Notes: generated by a model not told the origin, from the sequence alone. 64,000 bases of DNA from an uncultured delta proteobacterium (GCA_963759105.1 CAVWXW010000004.1:47963-111962), one strand, 5' to 3'. Counted from the stretch's first letter, positions 21,306-32,552 are shown. Numbers and translations: made by a program.

Positions 21306-22916
21306 CTAATCGAGCACCTCGATGTCGTAGCGCTTCAGGATGTCGCCGGTCAGCGACTGCAGCACGGCCACCGACTGGTGGTAGTCGGCGATGGCGCGCA
21401 CGCGCGACAGCCGGGCCTCGTCGAGGTCGTCCTGGCGGTCGAACAGCTGCTGGCTGGTCGACTTCCCGACGCGGAACAGCGCGCGCTCGGAGGTGAGGCT
21501 GCCCTTGGCCAGCTCGATCGCCTTTGTCGCGACCTGGGCCCGCTTCTGCGCCGCGCGGATCTGGTGCACGGTCAGCACGATGGCGGACGCGATCTCGCGG
21601 CGGAGCTCCGCGCGCTCGATGCTGACGTCCTGGTGGCGCAGCAGGGCGGCGTCGCGGCGCCCGCGCGCCGTGTTGGCTCCGATGTCGATCGAGAAGACCA
21701 GCGCCGCGGTGGCGTTGACGTTGGCGCCGCGGTCCAGGGCGCGGAACGCCTCGTCGACGTTGCTGCCGGCCGCGGTGGCGGCGGCCGAGACGGTGAAGTC
21801 GAGCCGGGGCCGCACGCCGTCGCGCGCGACCCGCACCTCGATCTTCGAGTCCTCGTCGTCGAGCTCGATCGCGGCGAGGGCGTAGTTGCGGGCCAGGCCG
21901 CGCTCGACCAGCTTTCCCACCGCGTAGGTCTCGGCGCCGGCGCCCGGCAGATCGGCCGGCCACAGCGCGATCGCGCCGCCGCCGATCTCGAGGCCGGCCA
22001 GCTTGCGCAGCTCGAGTGCCTGCTCCTCCAGCACCAGCTCGGCGCGCAGCTGCGCCTCCTCGCGGACCGCCATCGTGTACTCGGCCAGCTTGAGGTCACC
22101 GGTCGGGCGGCCGCCCTCTTTCACGACCTGCTCGGTCTCCTTGTGCAGCTTGCGCACCGCCACCAGCGAGGAGCGCTTCACCTCGAGGGCCAGGGCGGCG
22201 TGGGCAAGCTCCCAGTAGCCGCGCACGACGTCGCGGGTCAGCTCGCCGGCGGCCACCTTGGCGCGCAGCGCGGCGGCCGAGGTCCGGACAGCCGCCTGCT
22301 CGCGATCGGCGCGCGCGATCGGGCGGCCGAAGCCGCGCAGGAGCGAGTGGTTGAGGACCAGCCGACCCGATGCCTGGCTGACCTGGGAGCTGGACTGCTT
22401 CGGCTCGGCGCCGCTCATGTCCAGGTTCTCGACCAGGCTGGTCTCCTGCGAGCGGGCGGCGTTCGCCTCGAGTCGCAGCTGGCCGCCGGTGGGCAGGTCG
22501 CGGATTAGCGCGGCCCTGCCGCCGACGCGCTCCTGCTCGACGACCTGCACCGGCTGGCCCGGGACGCGATCTCTCGTCACCCGCGCCCCGTCGATGGCCA
22601 GCTCGAGCTGCCAGTCGTCGCGGCCGCGCACCGCCCGCTCCTCGGCCCGCGCGATGGCGGCGCTGGTGCGCGCGCGGGCCAGGCCAGGCGAGCGCAGGAC
22701 GGTGACGTCGATCAGCTGGTCGACTCCGATCCGCTCGACCGGCTCCGCCTGCGGCGCGGCCTCCTGGGTCTGCGGCGCCTCCTGCGGGCCCTGCGCCCCC
22801 GGTTGTCGCCTGGCGCGCCGCCTGTCGGCGGCCAGCGGCGGCGCGGCGACGCAGACCGCGGTGACGACCAGCGCCGCCGAGCACCATCTCGCCTCGCGGA
22901 TGCTGCTCAGTGGCAC
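21306..22916 (-). CDS. TolC-family outer-membrane efflux protein
   Basis: 536 aa from a GTG start (overlaps the upstream gene by 10 nt). Signal peptide PLSSIREARWCSAALVVTAVCVAAPPLAA. Two repeated coiled-coil / beta-barrel halves typical of OEP family. Ends ...QSLTGDILKRYDIEVLD*. Confidence 0.65.
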   Translation of the reverse strand: MPLSSIREARWCSAALVVTAVCVAAPPLAADRRRARRQPGAQGPQEAPQTQEAAPQAEPVERIGVDQLIDVTVLRSPGLARARTSAAIARAEERAVRGRDDWQLELAIDGARVTRDRVPGQPVQVVEQERVGGRAALIRDLPTGGQLRLEANAARSQETSLVENLDMSGAEPKQSSSQVSQASGRLVLNHSLLRGFGRPIARADREQAAVRTSAAALRAKVAAGELTRDVVRGYWELAHAALALEVKRSSLVAVRKLHKETEQVVKEGGRPTGDLKLAEYTMAVREEAQLRAELVLEEQALELRKLAGLEIGGGAIALWPADLPGAGAETYAVGKLVERGLARNYALAAIELDDEDSKIEVRVARDGVRPRLDFTVSAAATAAGSNVDEAFRALDRGANVNATAALVFSIDIGANTARGRRDAALLRHQDVSIERAELRREIASAIVLTVHQIRAAQKRAQVATKAIELAKGSLTSERALFRVGKSTSQQLFDRQDDLDEARLSRVRAIADYHQSVAVLQSLTGDILKRYDIEVLD

Positions 22917-23935
22917 GGATCCCACGCCGTGCCGTTGTCGCCGATGTCGATGAGATTGCCGATCTCCTCGATGTAGAGGTCGAGGTCCTCCGCGCGACAC
23001 TGCGACAGCGACGTGTTGTTGATCGCGATGACCGAGCCGCCGACGGAATACAGATTCACGGCCAGCTCGTAGATGTCGGTGAGGGTCGTGTTGCCCTCGA
23101 CGGCCAGGTTGCCGCCGACGTGGTTGAACGTCGCGGTGAAGCCGTTGAGGTTCTGCAGCGCGCCGTTGCGCTCGATGCTCAGGTTGCCGCCGACGGTCTG
23201 GAGGTCGCTGAACGCCTTGAGCTCGGTCATGTCCGGGTTGTCGGCGATGCGGACCTCGCCCTGCACGCTGACCACGTTGAGCTGCAGCGCGCGCAGGCCG
23301 GTGTTGCCGGCGACGACGAGCTCGCCGGCCGACTCGATGCGCCGGACGGTCTGCAGATTTGTGAGGCCGCTGTTGTTCTCGACCCGGAACGAGCCCTCGA
23401 CCCGCTCGAGCGTCTCGAGGTCCTGGAGGCCCTCGAGGGCGCTGTTGTCGCGGATCGACAGGCCGCCGGTGCCGACGTCGCGCAGGGCGCGCAGGCCGGC
23501 GAGGCTGACCAGCTGCGGGTTCTTGCTGATCGTCACCCGCGCGACGGTGTCGGTGCGGTCGAGCCCGTAGACGTCGCCCAGCATCGGGTTGTTGTCGATC
23601 TCGACGTGCTGCAGCACCTTGACCCGGTCGAGCCCGGCGAAGCTGAGCAGCTGCGGGTTGTCCTTGACCCGCAGCACGTTGGCCTGGCGCAGGTAGAACA
23701 GCGGCTCGAGGTCGGCCAGGTCGGAGCCGACCACCTCGACGTCGCCCGAGACGGTGAAGCACTTCTGCGGCAGGGAGCGGGCGTCGCTCGCGCTGCGCAC
23801 GATGATGTTGGCGTTGAGGGTCTCGCAGTCCTCGTCGATGTCCGTGGGCTGCTGGTAGCCGACGTCGGTGGGCATGCAGCCGAACAACCCGACGGCGGCG
23901 ATCGCGATGGCGGAGAGGTGGATCGTGGGGCGCAT
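22907..23935 (-). CDS. lipoprotein with leucine-rich-repeat-like (receptor L-domain-like) repeats
   Basis: MRPTIHLSAIAIAAVGLFGC lipobox. Repeating units ...NPQLxSxxGLxxLxxV..LxIxxNxxL about every 24 aa. 343 aa. Confidence 0.6.
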   Translation of the reverse strand: MRPTIHLSAIAIAAVGLFGCMPTDVGYQQPTDIDEDCETLNANIIVRSASDARSLPQKCFTVSGDVEVVGSDLADLEPLFYLRQANVLRVKDNPQLLSFAGLDRVKVLQHVEIDNNPMLGDVYGLDRTDTVARVTISKNPQLVSLAGLRALRDVGTGGLSIRDNSALEGLQDLETLERVEGSFRVENNSGLTNLQTVRRIESAGELVVAGNTGLRALQLNVVSVQGEVRIADNPDMTELKAFSDLQTVGGNLSIERNGALQNLNGFTATFNHVGGNLAVEGNTTLTDIYELAVNLYSVGGSVIAINNTSLSQCRAEDLDLYIEEIGNLIDIGDNGTAWDPCH

Positions 23936-23949
23936 GAACGCCCCAAAGA

Positions 23950-23964
23950 GCACGGCCTGTGCCA
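23950..23964 (-). promoter_or_regulatory. putative sigma54 (-24/-12) promoter for the lipoprotein-TolC-HlyD-PCAT operon
   Basis: Minus strand reads TGGCAC-AGGCC-GTGC (GG-N10-GC spacing) about 15 nt upstream of the lipoprotein ATG. The -12 element is GTGC, not the consensus TTGC. Confidence 0.45.
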
Positions 23965-24126
23965 TGGCCCGCGATGCGCAAGTGGGCGGGCCGCGCGGCG
24001 TCCGGCGCCGGCCTCGCCTGCCGCGCGGCGGCGCTCGGGGGGCTCGCCCCCGATCGTTGCTGCACACGGTCGGCGCAAGCCCGCGCCGGCCGGCGGGCGT
24101 TGTGTTGTAGGCTGGTGATCGTGGAG

Positions 24127-25464
<1,338 letters not shown>

Positions 25465-25633
25465 CGCGGCGCGTTCGGTAGCGACATACCGCCGGCGAGC
25501 GCGACGCCCTGTTGTAGAGCCGGATCGACAGGGGGTGGGTACCCGATCCGCCAGAACGCCGCGGGCCGCGCCGGAACCGTCGAGGTTGCCGTGACCTGGC
25601 CCTCGGTATGTTGCTTGCACCACGCATTCTTCA

Positions 25634-26611
<978 letters not shown>

Positions 26612-26613
26612 GA

Positions 26614-26656
26614 GACGAGAAAACCATCGGCGACCGGGCCGCATGGGTCGGCCCGG
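26614..26656. terminator. bidirectional rho-independent terminator between the kinase gene (+) and precursor peptide 2 (-)
   Basis: Hairpin CCGGGCCG-catgggt-CGGCCCGG (26634-26656), flanked by an A-run on the plus strand (gagaaaacc) and a T-run on the minus strand. Confidence 0.6.
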
Positions 26657-26671
26657 CCGCCGATCGTGGTT

Positions 26672-26887
26672 CTAGCGGCGCCTTCGCCCGCCGCGCGGGT
26701 CCTGAAACATCTGCATCATCATCATCATCATGAGCATGTCGTTGCTGTTGTCCTGAGGAGGAGGGCATGGGCACTGCATGTTGAAGAAGTTCCTGTCTCC
26801 GCGGCGTCCACCACCGCATCCACCAGCAACGTCGTCGAGCTCCTCGAGCGCAAACTCTGGCATCTTGTTGTCGTCGTCCATGGGCAT
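26672..26887 (-). CDS. precursor peptide 2 with a double-glycine leader and a Met/Cys-rich core
   Basis: MPMDDDNKMPEFALEELDDVAGG|CGGGRRGDRNFFNMQCPCPPPQDNSNDMLMMMMMMQMFQDPRGGRRRR*. Leader positions -4 V, -7 L, -8 E, -12 F, -15 M. SD AAGGAAGG upstream. Terminator downstream. 36 nt downstream of the beta-barrel A gene. Confidence 0.65.
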   Translation of the reverse strand: MPMDDDNKMPEFALEELDDVAGGCGGGRRGDRNFFNMQCPCPPPQDNSNDMLMMMMMMQMFQDPRGGRRRR

Positions 26888-26923
26888 CCTTCCTTGTTTG
26901 TTCGGTCCTGGGTTCCAGACAGG

Positions 26924-28270
26924 TCAGAAACGAAAGACGGCCTGGCCGGTCGCGCCGATGAAGGCGTCCACGGCCCCGATGACGTCCTGATCGAGGTCCT
27001 CGTCGAGCGCGACGGCCAGGTCGCCCGAGCCCTCGAAGTCGAGGGCGAAGCGCGTGTAGGCGGCGGCGACGCGGACCAGGATGCGCTCGAGCAGCTCGAC
27101 CTCGAGCCCCACCTCTCCTCTCAGCCCGTAGCTGCCGGCGGCGCCGAAGGCCGCCTGGTCGGTGATACCGGACGTGGCGACCGTGTGGAGGTAGCTGCCG
27201 GCTCCGAAGACCGTCGCGCGGCCGAGCTCGTAGCGGACACCGCCGCCCGCGTCGATGAAGGCGTAGCGCGCGTCCGGCACCATCAGGCCGGGCGGCCGGA
27301 TGCCGACCTCGTAGCGCAGCTCGCTGTAGCCGAGCTGGAAGGTGGGCACCCAGCGCTTCTTGACGCGCAGGCGGCCGCGCAGGGCCGCGGCCCACTGCAT
27401 CTGGGTGACCGGCAGCTCGACCCCCTCGCTGCCGCCGAGTGACATGCCGGCGTTGATCGACCTGTCGATCGCCACCGCCAGCCCGATGGCCGGCTCACCC
27501 GGGGTGCTGGCCTCGGCCTCGACGTGCAGGCCCGGCGACGGGTTGGCCGACAGCGAGGCGTCGCCGACCAGGCCCGGCTCCTGCGAGAAGGCGAGCTTGC
27601 GCGCGGTGGCCGAGAGGCCGACCCCGGCCTCGAAGACCAGCGGGAAGCGGCGCTCGGGGGCCGCCTTGCCCCGCTTGCGAGCGGCCTCGGGGCGCGCCTT
27701 GCTGACGTCGCGGTCGGCGATGTCGACCCGGCCCTGCGCCTGCACGTCCGCGCGGTGCTGCGGCTGCGGCTGCGGTTCCGGAACCGCCTGGCCGGGCGGG
27801 CCGTCGTGGGTGCGGTCCGGATCGATCCACACAAGTAGATCTCCCAGCAGCCGCGCGATGCGCGCCCGCGCGGCCGGCGTCATCTCGGCGGTGGCCAGCG
27901 GCACCAGCACCGCCCCGACGCTCTCGCCGTCACCGGCGCGCAGCACCGACAGGCTCAGCGCGTAGGCCTCGCTGGAGGCCGCGACCTCGCCGACGACGAC
28001 AGCGTCGGCGCCGGCCATGCGGGCCATGGCCAGCGCCGCGGCCGGCTCGCTGCCGTCGGTCCCGGCCAGCTCGCGGGCCTGCTCGAGCCGCGCGGCCGGC
28101 ACCACCGCATAGCGGGCGCCGACCACGTCCACCACGACCGCGCGCGCCTCGCTGGCGACCACCTCGGGGCCGGCGAAGGGTGCGACGGCGATGAGCCTCG
28201 TCTCCGCCCGCGCGGGGGCGGCGGCGGTGAGGACAGCGAGTACGACGAAGCACGCGAGCAGCCTGGACAT
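26924..28270 (-). CDS. outer-membrane beta-barrel protein with an N-terminal periplasmic domain (paralog A)
   Basis: Signal peptide MSRLLACFVVLAVLTAAAPARA. N-terminal domain IAVAPFAGPEV...AGADAVVVGEV. Alternating beta-strand pattern. Ends ...GATGQAVFRF* (OMP-type terminal Phe). 448 aa. Confidence 0.6.
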   Translation of the reverse strand: MSRLLACFVVLAVLTAAAPARAETRLIAVAPFAGPEVVASEARAVVVDVVGARYAVVPAARLEQARELAGTDGSEPAAALAMARMAGADAVVVGEVAASSEAYALSLSVLRAGDGESVGAVLVPLATAEMTPAARARIARLLGDLLVWIDPDRTHDGPPGQAVPEPQPQPQHRADVQAQGRVDIADRDVSKARPEAARKRGKAAPERRFPLVFEAGVGLSATARKLAFSQEPGLVGDASLSANPSPGLHVEAEASTPGEPAIGLAVAIDRSINAGMSLGGSEGVELPVTQMQWAAALRGRLRVKKRWVPTFQLGYSELRYEVGIRPPGLMVPDARYAFIDAGGGVRYELGRATVFGAGSYLHTVATSGITDQAAFGAAGSYGLRGEVGLEVELLERILVRVAAAYTRFALDFEGSGDLAVALDEDLDQDVIGAVDAFIGATGQAVFRF

Positions 28271-28283
28271 TGGTCCCTCCACC

Positions 28284-29708
28284 TCAGAGTCGGAAGCCGA
28301 GCATGACGACGCCGCCGACGTAGGTGTCGGTGGCTCCACTGACGTCAACGTCCGAGCTCTCGTCGAGCCCGGTCGCCCACGCGCCGTCGCCGTTGAACGC
28401 GAGGATGATGCGCTGATAGGTCGCGGCGACGCGCACGAAGGTCGTGTCGCCGGCGTCGATCTCGAGGCCGACCTCGCCGCCGAAGCCGTGAAAGCGCGAG
28501 CTGCCGAACGCGGTGGCCGCCGTGATGCCGCCAGCGCTGAGCACGTGCAGGTACCACAGGTCGGCGCTGATCGAGAGGCGGTCGTCGCGCAGGCTGAGCC
28601 GCGCGCCGCCGCCGACATCGGCGTAGGCGTAGCGCGAGTCGGGGATGAGCAGCCCGTTGGGCCGGTTCGAGATGGCGAAGCCGAGCTGGTGATAGCCGGC
28701 GCCGCCGCGCACGTTCACGCGCTTGTGCACGGCGCGCCGGATCATCAGCCGGGCGCCGATGTGCTGGAGCGAGATGCCGAGCTGCTTTGTCTGCCCGCCG
28801 GCGGGAAAGGAGACCGAGGCGCCGATCGACCGCTGGTACACGAGGTCGGCGGACAGGCCGAGCGGGTTGACGTCGACGGTGCCGGACACGGCGACGCCGC
28901 CCGACGGGCTGCCCGACATGCTGAGCGGGCGCTCGTCCTCGGCCAGGTCGATCTGGTGCGCGAACTGGAGCTGGCGCGCGATGGCGGCCACGCCGACCGC
29001 GGCGCGCACCTGCATGGCCGGCGGCCGGCGCTTCGCCGCCCTGGCTCTGGCCCGGTCGCGCTGCTCGGCGACCGACCACTTCTCGACCGAGGCCTCCTGC
29101 TTCTGCTGGGCGGCGGTGAGCGACGCGCGCGCGGCGCCGGGGGCCTCGTTGCCGATCTGGCCGGGCTGGGTGATCACGGCCGCGGGGGCGGCCTGATCCA
29201 CGCCGGCCGCGACGGCGCCGTCGGTCTCGCCGTTGAGCGGCTCGGTCCAGTCGATGAGGTCGACCAGCTCGTCGATGATCGCCTCGCGGGTCGCTTCCGA
29301 AACGCGCTTGCCGCGGGCGTTGACGCTGAAGCGGTCCATCACGCGGCCGGTGCGCCCCTCGCGCACCGCGATGGTCAGCTTGCCGCCCTGCACCTCCCCC
29401 TCGATGATCGCGTCCGCGCCTACCTTCCTGGCCACCTGGGCCACGGACTTCATCGACTCCTTCGTGACGTTGAGGCGGCGGCGCGCGAGCCTGTACCTGC
29501 CGTACGGCAGGACCTCGTACAGGTCGGAGACGATCTCGAGGATCACGTCGTGCATGGCCTTCGACGTGGGGGCCGGCCCCACGAAGTCGGCGACCACGAC
29601 GCGCCGCTCCTGCTCCGCGCGCGCCCGGGGCGGCGCGGCGACCAGGACGGCAAACGCCGCCGCGAGCGCGGCGATGCGAGTGCAGGGCACGTGGATGTCT
29701 CGACTCAT
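28284..29708 (-). CDS. outer-membrane beta-barrel protein with an N-terminal periplasmic domain (paralog B)
   Basis: MSRDIHVPCTRIAALAAAFAVLVAAPPRARA. VVVADFVGPAP...VGADAIIEGEV. Ends ...GGVVMLGFRL*. Clearly paralogous to 26924..28270. Confidence 0.6.
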   Translation of the reverse strand: MSRDIHVPCTRIAALAAAFAVLVAAPPRARAEQERRVVVADFVGPAPTSKAMHDVILEIVSDLYEVLPYGRYRLARRRLNVTKESMKSVAQVARKVGADAIIEGEVQGGKLTIAVREGRTGRVMDRFSVNARGKRVSEATREAIIDELVDLIDWTEPLNGETDGAVAAGVDQAAPAAVITQPGQIGNEAPGAARASLTAAQQKQEASVEKWSVAEQRDRARARAAKRRPPAMQVRAAVGVAAIARQLQFAHQIDLAEDERPLSMSGSPSGGVAVSGTVDVNPLGLSADLVYQRSIGASVSFPAGGQTKQLGISLQHIGARLMIRRAVHKRVNVRGGAGYHQLGFAISNRPNGLLIPDSRYAYADVGGGARLSLRDDRLSISADLWYLHVLSAGGITAATAFGSSRFHGFGGEVGLEIDAGDTTFVRVAATYQRIILAFNGDGAWATGLDESSDVDVSGATDTYVGGVVMLGFRL

Positions 29709-29726
29709 GCGAATCACCGTCGATGA

Positions 29727-29744
29727 GTGCAACGGCGATGCCAC
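29727..29744 (-). promoter_or_regulatory. near-consensus sigma54 promoter upstream of the beta-barrel B / A / peptide 2 transcription unit
   Basis: Minus strand reads GTGGCAT-CGCCG-TTGCAC (TGGCAT-N5-TTGCA, with GG-N10-GC spacing), about 20 nt upstream of the ATG at 29708. Confidence 0.55.
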
Positions 29745-29947
29745 GCAGCATCACCGCGCGATCGCGAGCGCGGCCCGGTGCTGTCGCTGTACACGGGTAG
29801 CGCGGCGCGGGGGAAAATTCCCGTGGGCCCAGACCGCTGTCGCGCCAGGGCAAAACGAAAGCGCCGCCGCCCTGACGGACGACGGCGCGGAGTTGCGCTG
29901 GAGAGCGGATGGACGGTGGATGGAGAGCGGATGGAGAGCGGACGCGC

Positions 29948-30661
29948 TTACTGGCCGGCGACGTCGATGAGCAGGTGCACGCTGCCGGCGTCGATCTGGT
30001 TCAGGTCGGTCGGATTGTCGTCTCCGCAGACCGAGGCCTTGATGTAGCCCGGCGCAGTCTGGCCGAGGCTGTTGGCTCCGATGACGAAGCGGTGGCCGCC
30101 GTTCTCGCCGTCCGGGACGCGGACCTCGACCGCCAGCTTGGTCCCGGCCGGGACCATGGCGTCGATCGGGAACTCCACCACGCTGGCGAGCGTGTCGGCG
30201 ACGGTCTGGCTGGCTGTCGCCAGCGTCGTCAGGTCGCCGTTCTGGATGTCTCCGGTGACGGTGTGGAGCTCGATCTCGACCGGCTGTCCCTGGCCGTTGC
30301 CGGACTGGGCCCGCTCCACGCCCACATCGACCCGCGTGACGTGGAAGCCGGATGCGAGGCCAGCGGTCGCGAGATCGAAGACGCGGTACCAGCTGTTGTC
30401 GAAGTGGATGTCCTGCTCATCTGCGCACACGATCGACGCGTCCGGTTCGATGAGCTCGGACGTCGTCTGGGACAGGACCCGGTTGCCGCTCGGCTGTGCA
30501 TCGGGCCGCGGCCCGGCATCCGCCTCCGGCTCGTCTTCGGTGTCGTCCGGCGGCGGAGTGTAGACGGAGGCGTCGGGATCCGCGCCCGCCGGTCCCGCAG
30601 CCGGCGGCGCCGGAAGCCCGCACCCGAGAAGAGCGAGGGGAATCAGCGCGGAGAGGTTCAT
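29948..30661 (-). CDS. lipoprotein of unknown function
   Basis: MNLSALIPLALLGCG lipobox, then a Pro/Asp/Glu-rich linker and a Cys-containing domain (IVCADEQ...ASVCGDDNPTD). 237 aa. Confidence 0.55.
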   Translation of the reverse strand: MNLSALIPLALLGCGLPAPPAAGPAGADPDASVYTPPPDDTEDEPEADAGPRPDAQPSGNRVLSQTTSELIEPDASIVCADEQDIHFDNSWYRVFDLATAGLASGFHVTRVDVGVERAQSGNGQGQPVEIELHTVTGDIQNGDLTTLATASQTVADTLASVVEFPIDAMVPAGTKLAVEVRVPDGENGGHRFVIGANSLGQTAPGYIKASVCGDDNPTDLNQIDAGSVHLLIDVAGQ

Positions 30662-30912
30662 GCCGGACCCGAATTGCAAGGGTCGTTCCTCGCGCGGTGG
30701 CGGCCAAGATCGCGAGGCGCTGCGCGGATCGCGGCGATCGAGCCGCCGGCCCGGGTCGCGCCCTCCCCAGCGCCCGTCGACCGCGGTCGGCATGCGCGGC
30801 CGCCGGACCAAAAAAAGAAGCCCCGCGCTGCACCGCGACATGCTGGCCGCGCGCAGGGGGGCTCCCTGGATGGCGACCGCTGGGCGGCCGCACATCTCGA
30901 GTCGGGCCGGAG

Positions 30913-31167
30913 CTACTTGGTGGGCTCCGCCGGCTTCTCCTTGTCCTTCGACTTGTCGGCCGGCGCCTCGGTGCCGTCCTTGGCCTTCGACTTGTCCTTG
31001 TCCTTGGCCTTGGCGTCTTCCTTGGCCTTCGACTTGTCCTTGTCCTTGGCCTTCTCGTCCTGGGACGGAGCGGGCTTGTCGGCCGGCGGGGTCGACTGGG
31101 CGCTGGCCGCGAGCGGCGCAACCGAGAGGGCGGCAGCGAGGAGCGAAACAGACAGCAGCTTCTTCAT
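30913..31167 (-). CDS. small secreted Lys/Asp-rich repetitive protein
   Basis: MKKLLSVSLLAAALSVAPLAASA signal peptide. ...EKAKDKDKSKAKEDAKAKDKDKSKAKDG... encoded by a ~39-bp tandem DNA repeat. Confidence 0.5.
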   Translation of the reverse strand: MKKLLSVSLLAAALSVAPLAASAQSTPPADKPAPSQDEKAKDKDKSKAKEDAKAKDKDKSKAKDGTEAPADKSKDKEKPAEPTK

Positions 31168-31312
31168 CGACGGCTCTCCTTTGGGTTGTGGTGCGGCGGG
31201 CACGTTAGCCCGAGGTCGGAGACCAAGTGTTCTTCAGCGGCGCGGTGAGCCATGTACAGGGCCGGGTTTCTGGCCCGCTGTGCCTGCGGTCACGAACACG
31301 GCGTCGATCTCG

Positions 31313-31397
31313 CGGAAGGCAAGGGATTCGAACCCTCGAGGCGACGTGGTCGCCCACCCGGCTTCCAACCGGGCTCCTCACCATTCGGATACCTTCC
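31313..31397 (-). tRNA. tRNA-Ser (anticodon GGA), class II with a long variable arm
   Basis: GGAAGGTATCCGAATGGTGAGGAGCCCGGTTGGAAGCCGGGTGGGCGACCACGTCGCCTCGAGGGTTCGAATCCCTTGCCTTCCG. Acceptor GGAAGG/CCTTCC. Anticodon loop TTGGAAG. T-loop GGTTCGAATCC. Confidence 0.8.
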
Positions 31398-31448
31398 AGA
31401 AAAAGGAAACGGACCTCCCGCGGCGGGACGACGCCGCGGGAGATCTCC

Positions 31449-32552
31449 TCACTCTCCATTCCGACCCTGGCCCAGGAGCTGGGCCGGCAGCAGGTTCTGC
31501 AACCCGTCGGCGCCAACGACGAGACGGACCTCCTTGATGTGCTCGGCGATCTCCTTCAGCGCCTCGAGCTCCTTGAGCCGGAGCAGGACCGGCTGGTCCG
31601 CCATCACGCGCGCGGTGTTGGCCAGAGACCGCGTGGCCGCGGTCTCCTCGCGGCGGAGGATCACGTTGGCAGCGGCCTCCTTCTCCGCCTCGATCACGCG
31701 GTTGAGCAGCGTCTTCATCTCGCCCGGCAGCACCACGTCCTTCACGCCGACACGCTCGATCCGGACTCCGAAGCGAGCGGCCCGCGGCAGCGCCTGCTCC
31801 TCGAGGTAGCGGGTCATGCCGTCCCGACCCTCGAGCAGCTCGTCCAGGCTGACGCCGGCGACGTAGTCGCGCGCCGCGAGCTGCACGATGACGTAGACCG
31901 AGTCGCGCACGTCGGCGACCGTCTGCGACGCGACCGGGTCGTCGATCGCGTACTCGATGGTCAGGCTGAGCCGCAGCGTGACCTTGTCGCGCGTCATCAG
32001 CTCCTGCCCCGCGATGGCGACCTGCTGCCGGCGCATGTCGACCTTGGCGATCTCGACCTGCGCCTCCGGGTGCGACCAGCGCGCGTAGCGTCCCGGCTCG
32101 AGCACGCGCCGCAGCTTTCCCTGCACGTACTCGAGACCGCGCTCCTGCTCGCGGACCTGCACGAGCACGTACTCCTTGCCCGGCATGAGCGCGATAAGCT
32201 CGTCGGTCAGCTCCGGCATCGGCTCGTCCACCGAGAAGACCTTCAGCACGACCGACCGGTCGACCGTCCAGAACCGGTGCGTGCCCGGCCGCAAGAACGC
32301 CTGCGGCTTGCCGTCGCGGTAGAGGACTCCTCGCTGCCGGTTCGACAGCGTGACCTCCTCGAACCACTCGGCCGGCAGGATCGCCCGCACCTCCGGCAAG
32401 GCGGACAAGAGCAGCACGTCGGTACGCCACCGCTGCTCGGTGTATCGCGCGCCCCAGACCGTGTAGCGGCCCGGCGCGAGGGCGCGGGTCGGGATGGAGC
32501 GGCGAAACAGGACGACCCGCTCGTCGAGCTTCACCTGGATTCGCTTGAACAT
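31449..32552 (-). CDS. SPFH / band-7 (stomatin-prohibitin-flotillin-HflKC) family protein
   Basis: MFKRIQVKLDERVVLFR...; the PHB-domain and coiled-coil C-terminus (RVIEAEKEAAANVILRREETAATRSLANTARVMADQPVLLRLKELEALKEIAEH) are typical of HflC/slipin-like proteins. 367 aa. Confidence 0.65.
   Translation of the reverse strand: MFKRIQVKLDERVVLFRRSIPTRALAPGRYTVWGARYTEQRWRTDVLLLSALPEVRAILPAEWFEEVTLSNRQRGVLYRDGKPQAFLRPGTHRFWTVDRSVVLKVFSVDEPMPELTDELIALMPGKEYVLVQVREQERGLEYVQGKLRRVLEPGRYARWSHPEAQVEIAKVDMRRQQVAIAGQELMTRDKVTLRLSLTIEYAIDDPVASQTVADVRDSVYVIVQLAARDYVAGVSLDELLEGRDGMTRYLEEQALPRAARFGVRIERVGVKDVVLPGEMKTLLNRVIEAEKEAAANVILRREETAATRSLANTARVMADQPVLLRLKELEALKEIAEHIKEVRLVVGADGLQNLLPAQLLGQGRNGE

Noticed and set aside
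16424-21496. 1690-aa plus-strand ORF
   Set aside because: It is antisense to the TolC/HlyD/PCAT/MFP operon. Its composition is Ala/Arg/Gly-rich with no motifs, which is a typical high-GC open-frame artefact.
26666-27442. Plus-strand ORF containing HHHHHH (looks like a His tag)
   Set aside because: It is the reverse complement of the Met run in precursor peptide 2. The plus ORF is antisense to beta-barrel A and has no start-site support.
29900-31100. Tandem repeats considered as a CRISPR array
   Set aside because: The repeats are 11 bp (GGATGGAGAGC) or coding 39-bp units inside an ORF. There is no repeat-spacer periodicity and no cas genes.
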